A stretch of DNA of 64,000 nucleotides, taken from the NCBI GenBank assembly GCA_951406725.2, contig OX597818.1, positions 65,720,001 through 65,784,000 on the forward strand, written 5' to 3'. This document shows positions 13,794 through 25,947 of this stretch, one piece after another (within the stretch, counting starts at the first letter, position 1; each line of letters begins with the position of its first letter). Under the pieces are notes generated by a model. It searched no databases, was not told the origin of the DNA, and worked only from the letters and a program-made list of their open reading frames with translations. The stretch comes from Octopus vulgaris. Lineage: Eukaryota. Position numbers and translations under genes: made by a program.

Positions 13794-14623
13794 TTATGTT
13801 TAAAATTTCTAGAAAACCTACAAAATGTCTGCCTTGACCATCTTTTATTACTGAGGGTAAAATTCATACTAATCCAGAGTAAATCTGCCATATCCAACGT
13901 ATCGAGATAGCATCTCCAATTGTCAATTCTTTCCGAAATTAATATCCAGCCTAGGTCCAGCGAACGTCTTTTGTGATTGTCCACACTTCCAAGGTAGAAA
14001 ATCCGTTGGAAAGCTTTTTGTTTTTACCGCTGATGACTTCCTCCATTTACATTCGTTCGATAACCACATTCGCCTTTCTTGCAACATGCTGTAAATAATG
14101 TTAACTTGTCATTACACGAACCTTAATGTATGCGTAGCGGAGGACGTATAGCCTTTCACAATGATACAAAATGCTAATGCTTTCGTTTCACTGATAACTG
14201 CAGAAAGCAAATCTCAATAAATCTACGCTCACAGTTTCATGTTATATATTATGCAGATATTGCAAATTTATCTTTTGACATTGACCCACCAGCCATTGAA
14301 TAAAATCTTCATTCACAATGCTGGCGGATTTGGCAGAAGAATCTCTCATCAGTGGAAGATATCTTTTAAACTTCTCGTTGAAGTGCAGAAATGGCAAAAT
14401 CGGTTTTCCCGAACCAGATTTAAATTTAACTTTCTGGAAAATTTTTTGAAAAGTTAGTTACCTTTCATTGAATGCTATACTTGACAAGTATATGATTTTA
14501 TCGACTCCCAAAGAAGTCGATAAAATCATGTGTCAATAAAGTTGACATAAGTGAGTTGAGGACAGAACGAACTAGACGAGATTTTGATGTTTTACAATCT
14601 GCCACATCTCCGCCTGAACGTCG

Positions 14624-15473
14624 TCTATATATATAAAACAAAGGACGTCTGTGTGAGTGTCTGGGTGTGTAATACCTATGCATTTCTACAGTTTTCAACC
14701 GATTTTCACAAAAGCTTTGCACCCTCATATTGCTTATGTGCCAACGATAATCATGCACAATATTTTCCCCCAGACCTGCCGCGTAAAGCGAGAAATTGGA
14801 GGAAAACGTGTTTTACGCGGGTTTTTCTCTAAAGAAAACTAGCTTTAATCCGATTCCCATTTCTGTTTCTCCTTATGACATATTCTCTCTCACCCTCCTT
14901 AATAGTTCCTCTCTTCTAATCTATGTCTTCTATCCTTCCTTCTTACTCTCTGTTTCCGTCTATCGTTCTTTCTTTCTCCCCCTGTCTTTCTATCATTCCT
15001 TCCTTCTTTCCTTCATTCTTATTTCTTTCCTTCCTTCCTTACTTCCACTCTTCCTTCCATCCTTGTTTATATTTTTATTTCTCTCTTTCTTTAACCCTCT
15101 TTCTTTCCTTTTTCTTCCTTCCTTCAACCGTCTTTCTTTCTTTCATTCTTTTGTCTCCCTACATTTTTCTTTCATTCTCTTTCTTTCTTTCTTTCTTCCT
15201 TTCCTTCCTTCCTTCCTTTTTCTGTCTTTCTTTCCCCCTCTCTCTTTTTCTCTTTCTTTCTCCCTTCCTCCGTCCCTATTTCTTTCCTTTTTTTTGTTAC
15301 TGTCTTACTTTCTCACCCAGTTTATCTCACTCTTCCCTTCCTACCTTTTCTCTCTTTCTTTCTGTTCAATTAAAGACGGTGCTCCAGCATGTCCACTGTC
15401 AAATAATTGAAGCGACTAAACGAATAAAAAACGCTACCTCTTTACTTCCAAGCAACACTGGTATCTCTGCTAG
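14624..15473 (+). mobile_element. Probable non-autonomous Helitron
   Basis: Starts TCTATATATATAAAAC, has ccgattttcac near the 5' end, and ends gcaacactggtatctctgCTAG followed by t. Contains a pyrimidine-rich tract (14860-15365) and a SINE A tail (15370-15428). Confidence 0.6.
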
Positions 15474-15842
15474 TCTTTAGCGACCACCACATTTATTTTT
15501 CCTGTGATACAATTTAACACAAACGAAGATTAAAAGCAAATAAAATATTTGCAATTGAAAGTAAATGCATTTACTTCTAGAATTTTTCCATGAGACTTCG
15601 GTTCAGAAGAAGGTGGCAAGAAAGTCTTGAGGAGCGTGAAATTAATTAACGATTCTGATTCCATTCTAGGTAAGTGAATGGAGGAAAAAAACAGACGTGG
15701 AACACTGGCAAAGGTTTTATGAACATAAGCGGATTAGACACACACGAACACCCACACAAGCATATGCATTCAACTCCCCCCCCACACATGTTTATATACA
15801 TATATGTATGTATATAATGTATATATGTATATATATATATAT

Positions 15843-16078
15843 AAGTTCATTGATTAAACCTCGCCAAGTTAAATATGTAAACCACCTGAAGAATGACTGT
15901 AACTCGAACATTTTAAGAATTGAACAGCCATGAAACGATCGTAGTGTTATATTAATTAACTTTTTTAATAATTATGATATATATTTAAATAATATAAATT
16001 AATTAATCTTATGTATTGGCTTAAGTTTTTCATTGTATGATTTGCCTAATAGTGGTTTATCTCTAATTTAATATAATA
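15843..16078 (+). mobile_element. Hammerhead-bearing pLTR-like element in (TA)n
   Basis: TA flanks on both sides; 3' part matches the arms of the 5680-6057 foldback. Confidence 0.7.
15879..15948 (+). ncRNA. Type I hammerhead ribozyme
   Basis: aaccac-CTGAAGA-atgactgt[loop]acagccat-GAAA-cgatcg-TA-gtgtt. Stem II pairs 7 of 8, palindromic stem III ACGATCGT, GUA site, stem I cac/gtg plus aa/tt. Confidence 0.8.
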
Positions 16079-18305
16079 TAATATATATATATATATATAT
16101 ATATAACATTACTTTATATAATTATGAGTATAATTAGGGTTCAGCAAAAAAAAATATTGCATTGCCACATGCCGAACTTTTAGAAATGGCAGCCAAAGAA
16201 CTTGGCTATTTCTTCTACTATAAGAAGATCTCTCCCTGATAATATAATGTAATATAACATAATATTATATATATATATATATGATGTACGGCATTTGTAT
16301 TGTACATTATATATGCATTATATTATTGCACATCAGAGAGTGAAATAGAAAAAATAAAGCATAAATTAATGTCCATCAATATCAAAGTCTCTCCTAGTAA
16401 TAAGCTACCGTATCCTCAACGGGTGGCTAAATGAATTATCCAGTCTAGACAGAGAAATAAAACTAGAATGCATTACTGTGCTTACACCACGTTGGATATA
16501 ACATGCTGATAATTTATTTACTACAGATATAAGGATTTGTGGGCCTGCTGTTATTAGTAAACGACTATAAAATATCCACTGATGGAATATGAAATTACCC
16601 AGTAATAAACACCAGAAAATTATTCTAAATAACTGCAAAAACATACATAAGAAAAGTTAACTTTTTTCATGTGATAAATGTAAGCAAAGTAAATGCTTAA
16701 ATGTTGGTCAGTTATGAGAGGAAATTGAGGAACAAGAACAGCAATTATAAATGCAAAACTTAAACTGAAAATGGGGATACAGAATGCGATTTGAGAAAAA
16801 TGCGTATATATAAGGCCCTTTCCTGAATAAAAAATTTAAAATGTTCATAAATTCGGGTGCACGTAAGGCATATGCATGCATTTTCTCAATGCATTCTGAA
16901 CGGTTAACATTCCGGTAAATCATGAGATATTATTTCATCTGTATAATCACATATTTTATATCTGAGTGAGCGATCCCGAGAGTGTATCGGCGTTTTGGAC
17001 CAATATATATTTAGGTATCCTAGTTTCTAAAAATTCGTATATTCCCTGGGTTTTTCTTGATAATCACTATTGATAATCACTAAGAAAGACATATGTGGTC
17101 CTGAGCAAGGGCTTTTCAGTGTTCTATTTTCCCTCTATGTATATATACGAATGTTTATATAATAATATATACCATATAAGTGTATATTGATATGTGTGCA
17201 TGCGTATGTATATGAATGTGCATATATACAGATATATACACACACACACACACAAACGCACAATAACGCATATACACGCACAACCACACACAGAGACACA
17301 CACAAACACACACACATAAATTTATGTATACATTATTAATTAAGAGTTTGTTTCGGCCCCAGATAATTTAGAGTTTTACAGGCTTGTAAACGGTCCTAGG
17401 CCATAAGACAAACGTTTTTTCTAGGTTAAATTAATTTGAACGAACGTAGTCAAAATGCATGAAACGCATAATATGTGCGTTGATTGCCGATTCATATGTG
17501 TGTGTGTGTAAATGTAACAATTGATAGACGAGTGTCAATTCATTTCACCTGTATTTAACGACTTTTTAATTGATCAAAGTGTGCATTGAATCATTATAAA
17601 AAAAAAAGTTTACTTCAGATAAATGCATGAATTTTATAGTCAAGGACAATAAATCTTTTTTTTTAATCCATGGCACATACATATTTAGTGATTCCACGAT
17701 TGGCCCCTGCTGCAGAATAAGGTTGGTGAAGACAATGCATATTAAAGTGATTTAGTGGGTGGGGAACAAAAGTATGATACAAAAGGGAGGTATATTTCCG
17801 AATTTATACCTTTAATAGGGGTTCGCTTGGTTGGGTAGAGATGGGAAATGTAAAGCTCATCCCAGAGTCCACTCAGAGCAATAATTGCTCCAACCAATGT
17901 AAGTGCTTTAGTTATAAGTACCATAATTCAGCTGCATCTTGTTGTACATGCAATCAATAACATATATATGTGTGTGTGTGTGTGTGTCTACACATATGCA
18001 CGCATGCACATTGAGATATAAAAAATACATCCGAAACAACTCTTGATATGTGTGTGAGTGTAGGAATCTGCGCCTGTATTCTTGTGTATAATAACTATGA
18101 AAGTAATTCTATTGTTCATTGGCAATATGGCGCAGGCAACACAGAAGAATCTTTTGTTAGATTTACTCATGTAATTTCTCTACATTTTTCATATCATTTT
18201 CGCTCAAGCTTACAATATTTCCATTCAGCATTCATGGTTTTAAACTGATGTGTGTTTGTGTGAGCCTGCCTGTTTTTATATGTTTTCATATGTGCGTGTG
18301 TGTGC

Positions 18306-18354
<49 letters not shown>

Positions 18355-19231
18355 ACAAGGGCAAAAAAAATTTGTAATGCCAAATATATGTATGTACATA
18401 TGTACATAGACGTGTGTAATATGTTTGTACGTGTATGTGTACATATAAATATATATATATGTGTGTTTGTGTGTGTGCAACAGAGGTGAAATTCTATGTC
18501 ACGTTTAATCGAGTTTTCAAAGATGTTATTAATCTCTATGTCTGCTATAGGAATATTTTGTCTGTTTCACTTCGGCATTTTATTTCATTTGTTGCTAGGA
18601 ACCAGATATCTGTATAAATTTCGTAGGGATATTTTAACATAGCAATAGATATTTTGCCAATAATAGCCAATTAAATTTCGAAAAGATAGACATACAATGG
18701 AATTAAGGTTAGACTTTATAACAAATCCCCAGAGAAGAAATGAACTACAGCAAATATTAGTACATCGTTACAGATAACTAATAGATATTTGATACGCATT
18801 AGTCATAAAACAAACACAAGCGCACACAACACGTACATAGTTCCATGCATACATAGGCACTCACATACACACATGTCACGCAAATATATGAACTCGAGAC
18901 ATACGAATCTATATGTACATGAATATATATGTATAAAATATAATATAAAATAATATTATATTATATTATATTGAATTGTATTCACGATGTTTGAGAAGTG
19001 AATATATAGTTATTTAACGACGTGACTTCCGTTGGATTAGGTCGGGTTTTCAGCTTACAACATGTGGTAATAATTTCAGAATGCAATAAATGATTGTGCA
19101 AGTGTCTGTGATAATATGTGTGCTCAACATTACCATATGCAATTGTATATTTGCAAATGACTGCAGATAATAATGGCCAACTCATCAGATCATCAGAAAC
19201 ACCATCGTCAGATGAAGCACTTCAAGCCGTA

Positions 19232-19500
19232 ACTTTTACATTTACTTGTTTTAGTGATTTGGCTTCGGCCATGCTAAAACACCACTTTTAGTCGAACAAA
19301 TCGACCCTAGAACTTATTCGCTGTCGAGCTTAGTATTTCTATCGGCTCTTTTGCCGAACCGCTAGGCTACGCCGACGTTAACATTCCGACATCTGTTTCA
19401 AGCGATGGTGTTTGGGGGGAAGGCAAACACAGACACACAAACACATGCATGCATACACACACACACACACACAAACACATATATACACTCTCACACATAC
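19232..19500 (-). mobile_element. SINE family A, 3' half
   Basis: tttagtcgaacaaatcgaccc ... ttttgccgaaccgcta ... caagcgatg. Confidence 0.8.
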
Positions 19501-20456
19501 ACATATATTTATATATGTATGTATGTATATACACATGTGTTGAGAATTAGAGAAAATTATAAACATAAAACAAGGGAATAAGTCAGCAGATAACATTATT
19601 CTGTTTTAATTGTCTTGGTAGTTGCATTTTATTATTTCTTTACAAAACACACCTTCGTATTTCTGTAGGTTGTTTGTAAAATATAAATGTAGATGTGTGA
19701 ACACAAATGGCAAGTGTTCACCCTCCCAGCGTCACCAATAGACGGCCACATGGAACTTATGTCAAATGGAACTCATTCCAGACTAAGGGGAGGGAAGAAA
19801 TTGAATTTCTGTACTCGCAGTTTTGAATTATAATTCTTGTGTTCCATAGCGTACAGAGCAAACGCGTAAATTATAAGTAAAAAAAATAATTGGAATAAGA
19901 GATTAACTGAAGAAAAATAACGGAATTGCTATTCCCCGTTTATTATGCATTCGTGAAATTCTGGTAAACTTAACAAGGAATTTGATGTACTGACTCATTG
20001 CACGATATGTTATGTTTTATAAAACAAAGAAATCTTCCTGTCACATTTGCAGTGATAAGCAAGAAAATTCCGTTTGGCAGTACCAACTTGTTCCGATGTT
20101 CCCAGGTGTGTAAAATTTGTGAGTTTTGTTTAAAATTTGTTTTAACCGTTTTGCTTTTAAACCAGCAATATCCATTCCAAATATGCTTTGTTTTATGTTC
20201 ATCGACCTGACCTGGCCACCTAAGCTACAATTTATTCTGCAAATATACAATCACATCGTCAACATTTAGAATCTACAAGTTAATGCATGACTATTTGAAA
20301 GCAATGTAAACAATAATCAGTATAACCAACATGGTTAACTAAATAATAATTACCTAATACACACTAACGTGTAGCTTGTGTATCTTGATCAGAGAGTTGT
20401 CTTGCCGAGTCTTCCTCATACTGGATATTATTCTCGTAACCTAGACAATATCTACA

Positions 20457-20680
20457 TACTCTCTCTTTACTCGTTTACTTGTTTCAGTCATTCGACTGCG
20501 GCAATGCTGGAGCACCGCCTTTAATCGAGCAACTCGACCCCGGGACTTATTCTTTTGTAAGCCCAGGACTTATTCTATCGGTCTCTTTTGCCGAACCGCT
20601 AAGTAACGGGGACATAAACACACCAGCATCGGTTGTCAAGCAATGCTAGGGGGACAAACACAGACACACAATCACACACG

Positions 20681-20751
<71 letters not shown>

Positions 20752-20894
20752 CCGTCTACCAAATCCACTCACAAGGCTTTGGTCGGCCCGGGGCTATAGT
20801 AGAAGACACTCGCCCAAGGTGTCACGCAGTGGGACTGAACCCAGAACCATGTGGCTGGTAAACAAGCTACTTACCACACAGCCACTCCTGCGCC
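20457..20894 (-). mobile_element. tRNA-derived SINE family A, near full length
   Basis: Highly similar to 62388-62802; head ggcgcaggagtggctgtgtggtaag; central (TA)n. Confidence 0.95.
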
Positions 20895-22916
20895 ATTCCT
20901 CATCCATTCATTTTCACTATCCACTTATGCTTGAGGTATATGGGGGGGATTTCTCAGGTACATTCCCTACAGTGTTCGATCAGATGCAAACATCTTTACA
21001 CAGTAATTATGAATAATAGCTAACCATCTCGCTCTTTGTCTGCCCCTAGATATAACGCTGGGCTCGTCTAGAAGAATCAGCTTAACGTTACTATATTGCG
21101 GCATTTTAATCTCCTATTTCGTATTAACGAAGCGATAATCTCTCCATGTGGAAGTGATTGTTTCTCGATATGAATGTAGCCATAAATATCTATGTGATAG
21201 ATCCCTGCCCTACACTGAAAGGATATTTCTACCTCATATCACAACAGAAAACTCTACTTCAGTAACTTGCTCATTGGGTCTATTCTACATATTTTCTGTA
21301 CATATCAAAAGAGAATAGCTTCAGCTGCGGGCATACCGGAGTTGAATGCTGGTGTATTAGGCTTCATTGTATATCGTTAATTATAGAAATCATTATAAGG
21401 TAATTATTATAAACTAATTAATTGAATCTAACACAGCTGATTGACTGGATCTAACGCAACTTATCTACAAGGTTGGGACCGAGAGCATATATTACAAAAG
21501 TAATCACATTTGTATTGCTTTCTCAGCGAAAATTTATTTGTTGTATTTCAGTTTTAAAGATTACTAGGAATCTGGGTTTAATTTTCCTTTGTAAAATAAA
21601 AAAAATAATTCAAGCTGCTGACAAATGCAACGCAAATGTCGAATGCTGATATTAATAAATGAGTGGAGCTTGCTTCTGAATAATTTTCAAATTCCTCGCT
21701 TTCATCCTTTATTGAATTCTTTGTTGAAGGCGCCTTGGATTGTTCGACACAGATATCTTACTGCGTCTAAAATGTACCTTAAAAGGTACATTACAGCATT
21801 GATCTTTAACACCAGAAGTCAGTGATTTAACTTATTTCAAGTTCAATCAAAAAGAATTGTTTACTAATTTGACTAAATATAACTGAGGATATAGCTACAC
21901 ACACACACAATTACACACACAGACACACACACGCATATATACATATATGAGTGTATGTGTGTTTTTGTGTGCGTGCGTGTGTGTGTACATATTTGTCACG
22001 GATAATTATTTCTGACATTTGATCAACTACAATAAGTTTCCATTTCTATTATTTGTCTTCCAAACGTCTTTATATTTCATGATATTAATGGACTTTTGTT
22101 TTATAAAAAAGTGTATTTCAAAACTTTTTTCTTCATTCTTCAAATGCCACACATGAATTTGCCATTTATAAGTCACTTGTAAACTTTTGCTTTCCATTCT
22201 TAATATATTTTATTTATTTTACTCCAGGCTTTCTCATATAATTCTATTTTCGTAACATTTAAATACCTCCAAATATTGCTATTTTTTTTAACTCGCTATA
22301 ATTTCAGTATTTTATATCATATTAATGTCAAATTTTCTTGAACCATCTTATCCTTCGCTTTATCAGAGACACCGTAACATGTATGTGCAAGAAGTAAAAT
22401 GCATAGGAAATTGTCTCTGCAGAATGCAACCAGTCGAAACTACATTTATTATTCTACTCTAATGCTCCATCTTTTTTCTGTCGCTTCAAATATATCTATT
22501 TCCATTGATATATTGTAAATAACGAACCAGAAATATATATGCATTTTCCATATGTATATATATATATATATATATATACAGAGAGACAGATAGACAGAGA
22601 GACAGAGAAACAGAGACAGAGAGAGCGAGAGGTTATGAGAGGTGATGGTGTCATTCAGACCCAAAGGCGTCAGGTATTGCTGAATAAGTGCTATACAGAG
22701 ATCATAGTTAAGTTCCAGGTTCGGTGATTATGCGAATAAGGGGTTCAACGTTGGCCATATATCCGCGTGTGTATATAATTGTTTGTTCGTATTGAGATAA
22801 AAAAAAAACAAGGCCGTGTAGATTTTAGACCATTTGTAGATATATATATATATATTTACAATATCTATAAAGGATCTAAAATCTAATCTACACAGCCTTG
22901 TTTTTTTCATTTCATT

Positions 22917-22963
<47 letters not shown>

Positions 22964-23103
22964 CAATTAAGATTCAAGTGAGTTCTGTTGAATTCACATG
23001 AATGCGGTACTTAACTTAGATGCACCAGAAACCTATATGGTGTTAACCATAAGATAATGCGGGGTGATTATAATAAGAAAAAAGCAACAAGAATGGATCA
23101 ATA

Positions 23104-23192
23104 TTTCGGTACAATTGTTTCGTACGAAGACAGCTTTATTAAGGCTGCAAATATTGCAGTAAATATAAGTGACCCGTACTCATCAGCCGAAA
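23104..23192 (-). ncRNA. Type I hammerhead ribozyme (left arm)
   Basis: Reverse complement of the motif at 25859-25947. Confidence 0.88.
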
Positions 23193-24193
23193 AAACATCT
23201 GAGTCTCCAAACATCTAAGGGGGTGATGTTACACTCCTGAAACATTGGTGATAGTTCTATAAAAATAAGAATTAGGTAAGAAATGGACTTCTGAAAGTTC
23301 TTTTAGTGTTGCACAGTCATATAACGGGTTTTAAAAAAGTATTTAAAAAAACTCTTAGTTTTCCAGAAAATGAAAATGACATTGAAAATGTAAATCCATC
23401 CATATTGAAGAAAGTTTGAATTCTGGAGATATGAGGAGAGGTATCATCTCACAGAATATGCATTTATCCATAATTAGTCCATAATAAAGTATGTTTCCTG
23501 GTGTGTGATGATATATTGGTTACGTTTCTGAGAATTCCTTCAAACTGCTATGTTAGAATTAAATTTGTTGAAGGAGGGTTAGTGAAGCGTGGAGACATTC
23601 CCTCACATAGGGTATATTAGAGTAACTAAGAGGGGAAGGGGATGTAAGTGTCCAACTATGTAGAGTAGTTTACTTCAGTGGAGACGAACTGACTAAACAG
23701 AATTTGTATGAATCAAAGAGCTTTGAGGAGGAAAGCTAATCTTGACCAAATATCATCGTTAATTGCTATGTAATGAGGATATGGGAAGGTAAAGAAGGGT
23801 CAAAGGTTGTCACTATAGGAAAAACATTAACAGATTTCAGTGCAAAACTAGAAAGGAGGTCATTTAATTTATTTCTTTATTTATTAATGTTACTACTAAT
23901 AATACGATGGCATATTTTAGGACTACATTAAGGGGTCAAAAGAAAGGATTGTGAGTTGTTTTTCATAATGAAAAAACGTTATATTATTTTTATGGGATTA
24001 GCAATATTTACTAGTAGTATATAAAAGAACTACGAAGTCTAATTAACTAATTAACTAATTTGCTATAAGTTGGATTACCTACATTAGATAAAAAATTAGA
24101 TAGAATTAATTTAAATTATCTATATAATCTATTAGAATGAAAATTTATTTGTAACTAATTTATTTCTTTATGTTTCAAACCTGGTAGATTTAG

Positions 24194-25548
24194 TTAGTTA
24201 GTTAGTTAATTTGGCTCAAAAGCAAATAGCAAGGCCATGTAGGGGGGCATGGAGTTAAGTACAGGGTGGTGTTCATGTAAAGAGTTGAGGCCACTTGAGG
24301 TCCAGGGAGGCTTTGAACAAAGCGGTCGTCGGCATCTTCACCATCTCATCTGGCAGCTTGTTCCACGGATCCGCAACCCGGACGGAGAAAGCTCCTCTCC
24401 TTCGATTGAGATGAAATCGTCGCAGGTAGAGCTTTTCGGAATGACCCCGCAGCCGACGCTCCGGAGCAGGAGTGAAGAACAGCTCTTTCGAGAGGTTACA
24501 CTTCCCGCTTATGATGTTGTGGGCGAGAATGAGATCACCACGGCGGCGGCGTTTTTCAAGAGAATAAAGGTCGAGCGTCCTCAGCCTTTCTTCGTAGGAC
24601 AAATATTTGAGACCATGAACCAGGCGGGTAGCCAGCCTCTGGACTCTTTCGAGGTGCTGTATGTCTTTTAGGAGATAAGGAGAAGAGGCTTGAATCCCAT
24701 ACTCCAATATGGGTCTCACCAGCGTGACATAGAGTGGCAGGAATACGGCTGCTGTGAGCACTCCGAATGACCGTCGAATCAAAAACAGAATTCCGCGCGC
24801 TTTGTTGGCAGCATGGACGCACTGGGCCGAAGGCGAAAAGGAGGAATCCACCAAGATACCCAGGTCCTTTACCTGATCGGTCCTCTCCAGCAGCAGACGA
24901 CCCGGCTCGAAATCAAGTTGAGTTGTAGGAGTAGAGCCGACAGGCAGATGACAGCACTTTGACACGTTCAGACACAGGTCCCAATCGTTAGACCACTTCC
25001 AAATTTGGTGGAGGCATCGACGAAGATCCTCTATACTACCGCGAGGAGCGACCAGTTTGATATCGTCGGCAAATAGAAGGGTGTGTTGCGTGAGGTCGTC
25101 GGGCAAGTCATTTATGAAGACTAAGAACAACAAGGGCCCAAGCACTGAACCTTGAGGCACGCCACTGCTCGCACTGGAGACGTCGGACCGCGAACCATTA
25201 ACTTGAACTTGGAAGGAGCGATCTGAGAGTAAGGCACCAACCCATCGTACAATATCAGGATGGAAACTATATGCTTGAAGCTTGACAAGTAGTAGGCGGT
25301 GGTTTACCGAGTCAAAAGCTTTGGCAAAGTCCAATGAAACGATGTCAACAGCATCACTATCATCGAGGATGCGCGTCACCAATTCTTCCATTACTAGTAA
25401 GTTGGTCAAGCATGATCTCTTCGGCACGAAGCCGTGTTGGGAATCAGTGATTGAGGCTGTGCTTAGGAGGTGGAGCATCATACTTTTCTTAAGGATGGTT
25501 TCGAACATCTTGCTGATTATTGATGTAAGGGAAACCGGTCGGTAGTTA
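24194..25548 (-). mobile_element. CR1/L2-group LINE, 5'-truncated, young
   Basis: RT frame, short 3' UTR, (CTAA)n tail at ~24190-24208, and candidate TSD agatttag at 24186-24193 and 25549-25556. Confidence 0.93.
24273..25547 (-). CDS. LINE reverse transcriptase (5'-truncated, uninterrupted frame)
   Basis: NYRPVSLTS, QHGF, LDFAKAFDSV, GVPQGSVLGPLLF, FADD, KDLG, RRRRGDLI. The first ~23 aa of the called ORF (to 25616) are flanking sequence. Confidence 0.95.
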   Translation of the reverse strand, partial: NYRPVSLTSIISKMFETILKKSMMLHLLSTASITDSQHGFVPKRSCLTNLLVMEELVTRILDDSDAVDIVSLDFAKAFDSVNHRLLLVKLQAYSFHPDIVRWVGALLSDRSFQVQVNGSRSDVSSASSGVPQGSVLGPLLFLVFINDLPDDLTQHTLLFADDIKLVAPRGSIEDLRRCLHQIWKWSNDWDLCLNVSKCCHLPVGSTPTTQLDFEPGRLLLERTDQVKDLGILVDSSFSPSAQCVHAANKARGILFLIRRSFGVLTAAVFLPLYVTLVRPILEYGIQASSPYLLKDIQHLERVQRLATRLVHGLKYLSYEERLRTLDLYSLEKRRRRGDLILAHNIISGKCNLSKELFFTPAPERRLRGHSEKLYLRRFHLNRRRGAFSVRVADPWNKLPDEMVKMPTTALFKASLDLKWPQLFT

Positions 25549-25858
25549 AGATTTAGAGAGAAAATAACCATAGCCCATGAGCTCGTAGCTATCTCATTAA
25601 ATATATAATGTTTCAAACTTTCTTCAATATGGATGTATTTACATTTTCAATGTCATTTTCATTTTCTGGAAAACTAAGAGGTTTTTTTAAATACTTTTTT
25701 AAAACCCGTTATATGACTGTGCAACACTAAAAGAACTTTCAGAAGTCCATTTCTTACCTAATTCTTATTTTTATAGAACTATCACCAATGTTTCAGGAGT
25801 GTAACATCACCCCCTTAGATGTTTGGAGAACTCAGATGTTTGGAGAACTCAGATGTTT

Positions 25859-25947
25859 TTTCGGCTGATGAGTACGGGTCACTTATATTTACTGCAATAT
25901 TTGCAGCCTTAATAAAGCTGTCTTCGTACGAAACAATTGTACCGAAA
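25859..25947 (+). ncRNA. Type I hammerhead ribozyme (right arm)
   Basis: tttcgg-CTGATGA-gtacg[~48 nt]cgtac-GAAA-caattg-TA-ccgaaa. Perfect 6-bp stem I, 5-7 bp stem II, palindromic stem III ACAATTGT; predicted cleavage after 25941. Confidence 0.9.

Noticed and set aside
14796-15480. 204-aa and 185-aa F/L/S-rich ORFs resembling membrane proteins
   Set aside because: Pyrimidine-rich low-complexity DNA lacks stop codons by composition.
20820-20894. tRNA-like sequences at SINE heads (also ~36340-36397)
   Set aside because: SINE promoter regions without a complete cloverleaf; not tRNA genes.
24249-25545. Plus-strand and alternate-frame ORFs over the RT
   Set aside because: Shadow frames of the LINE RT.
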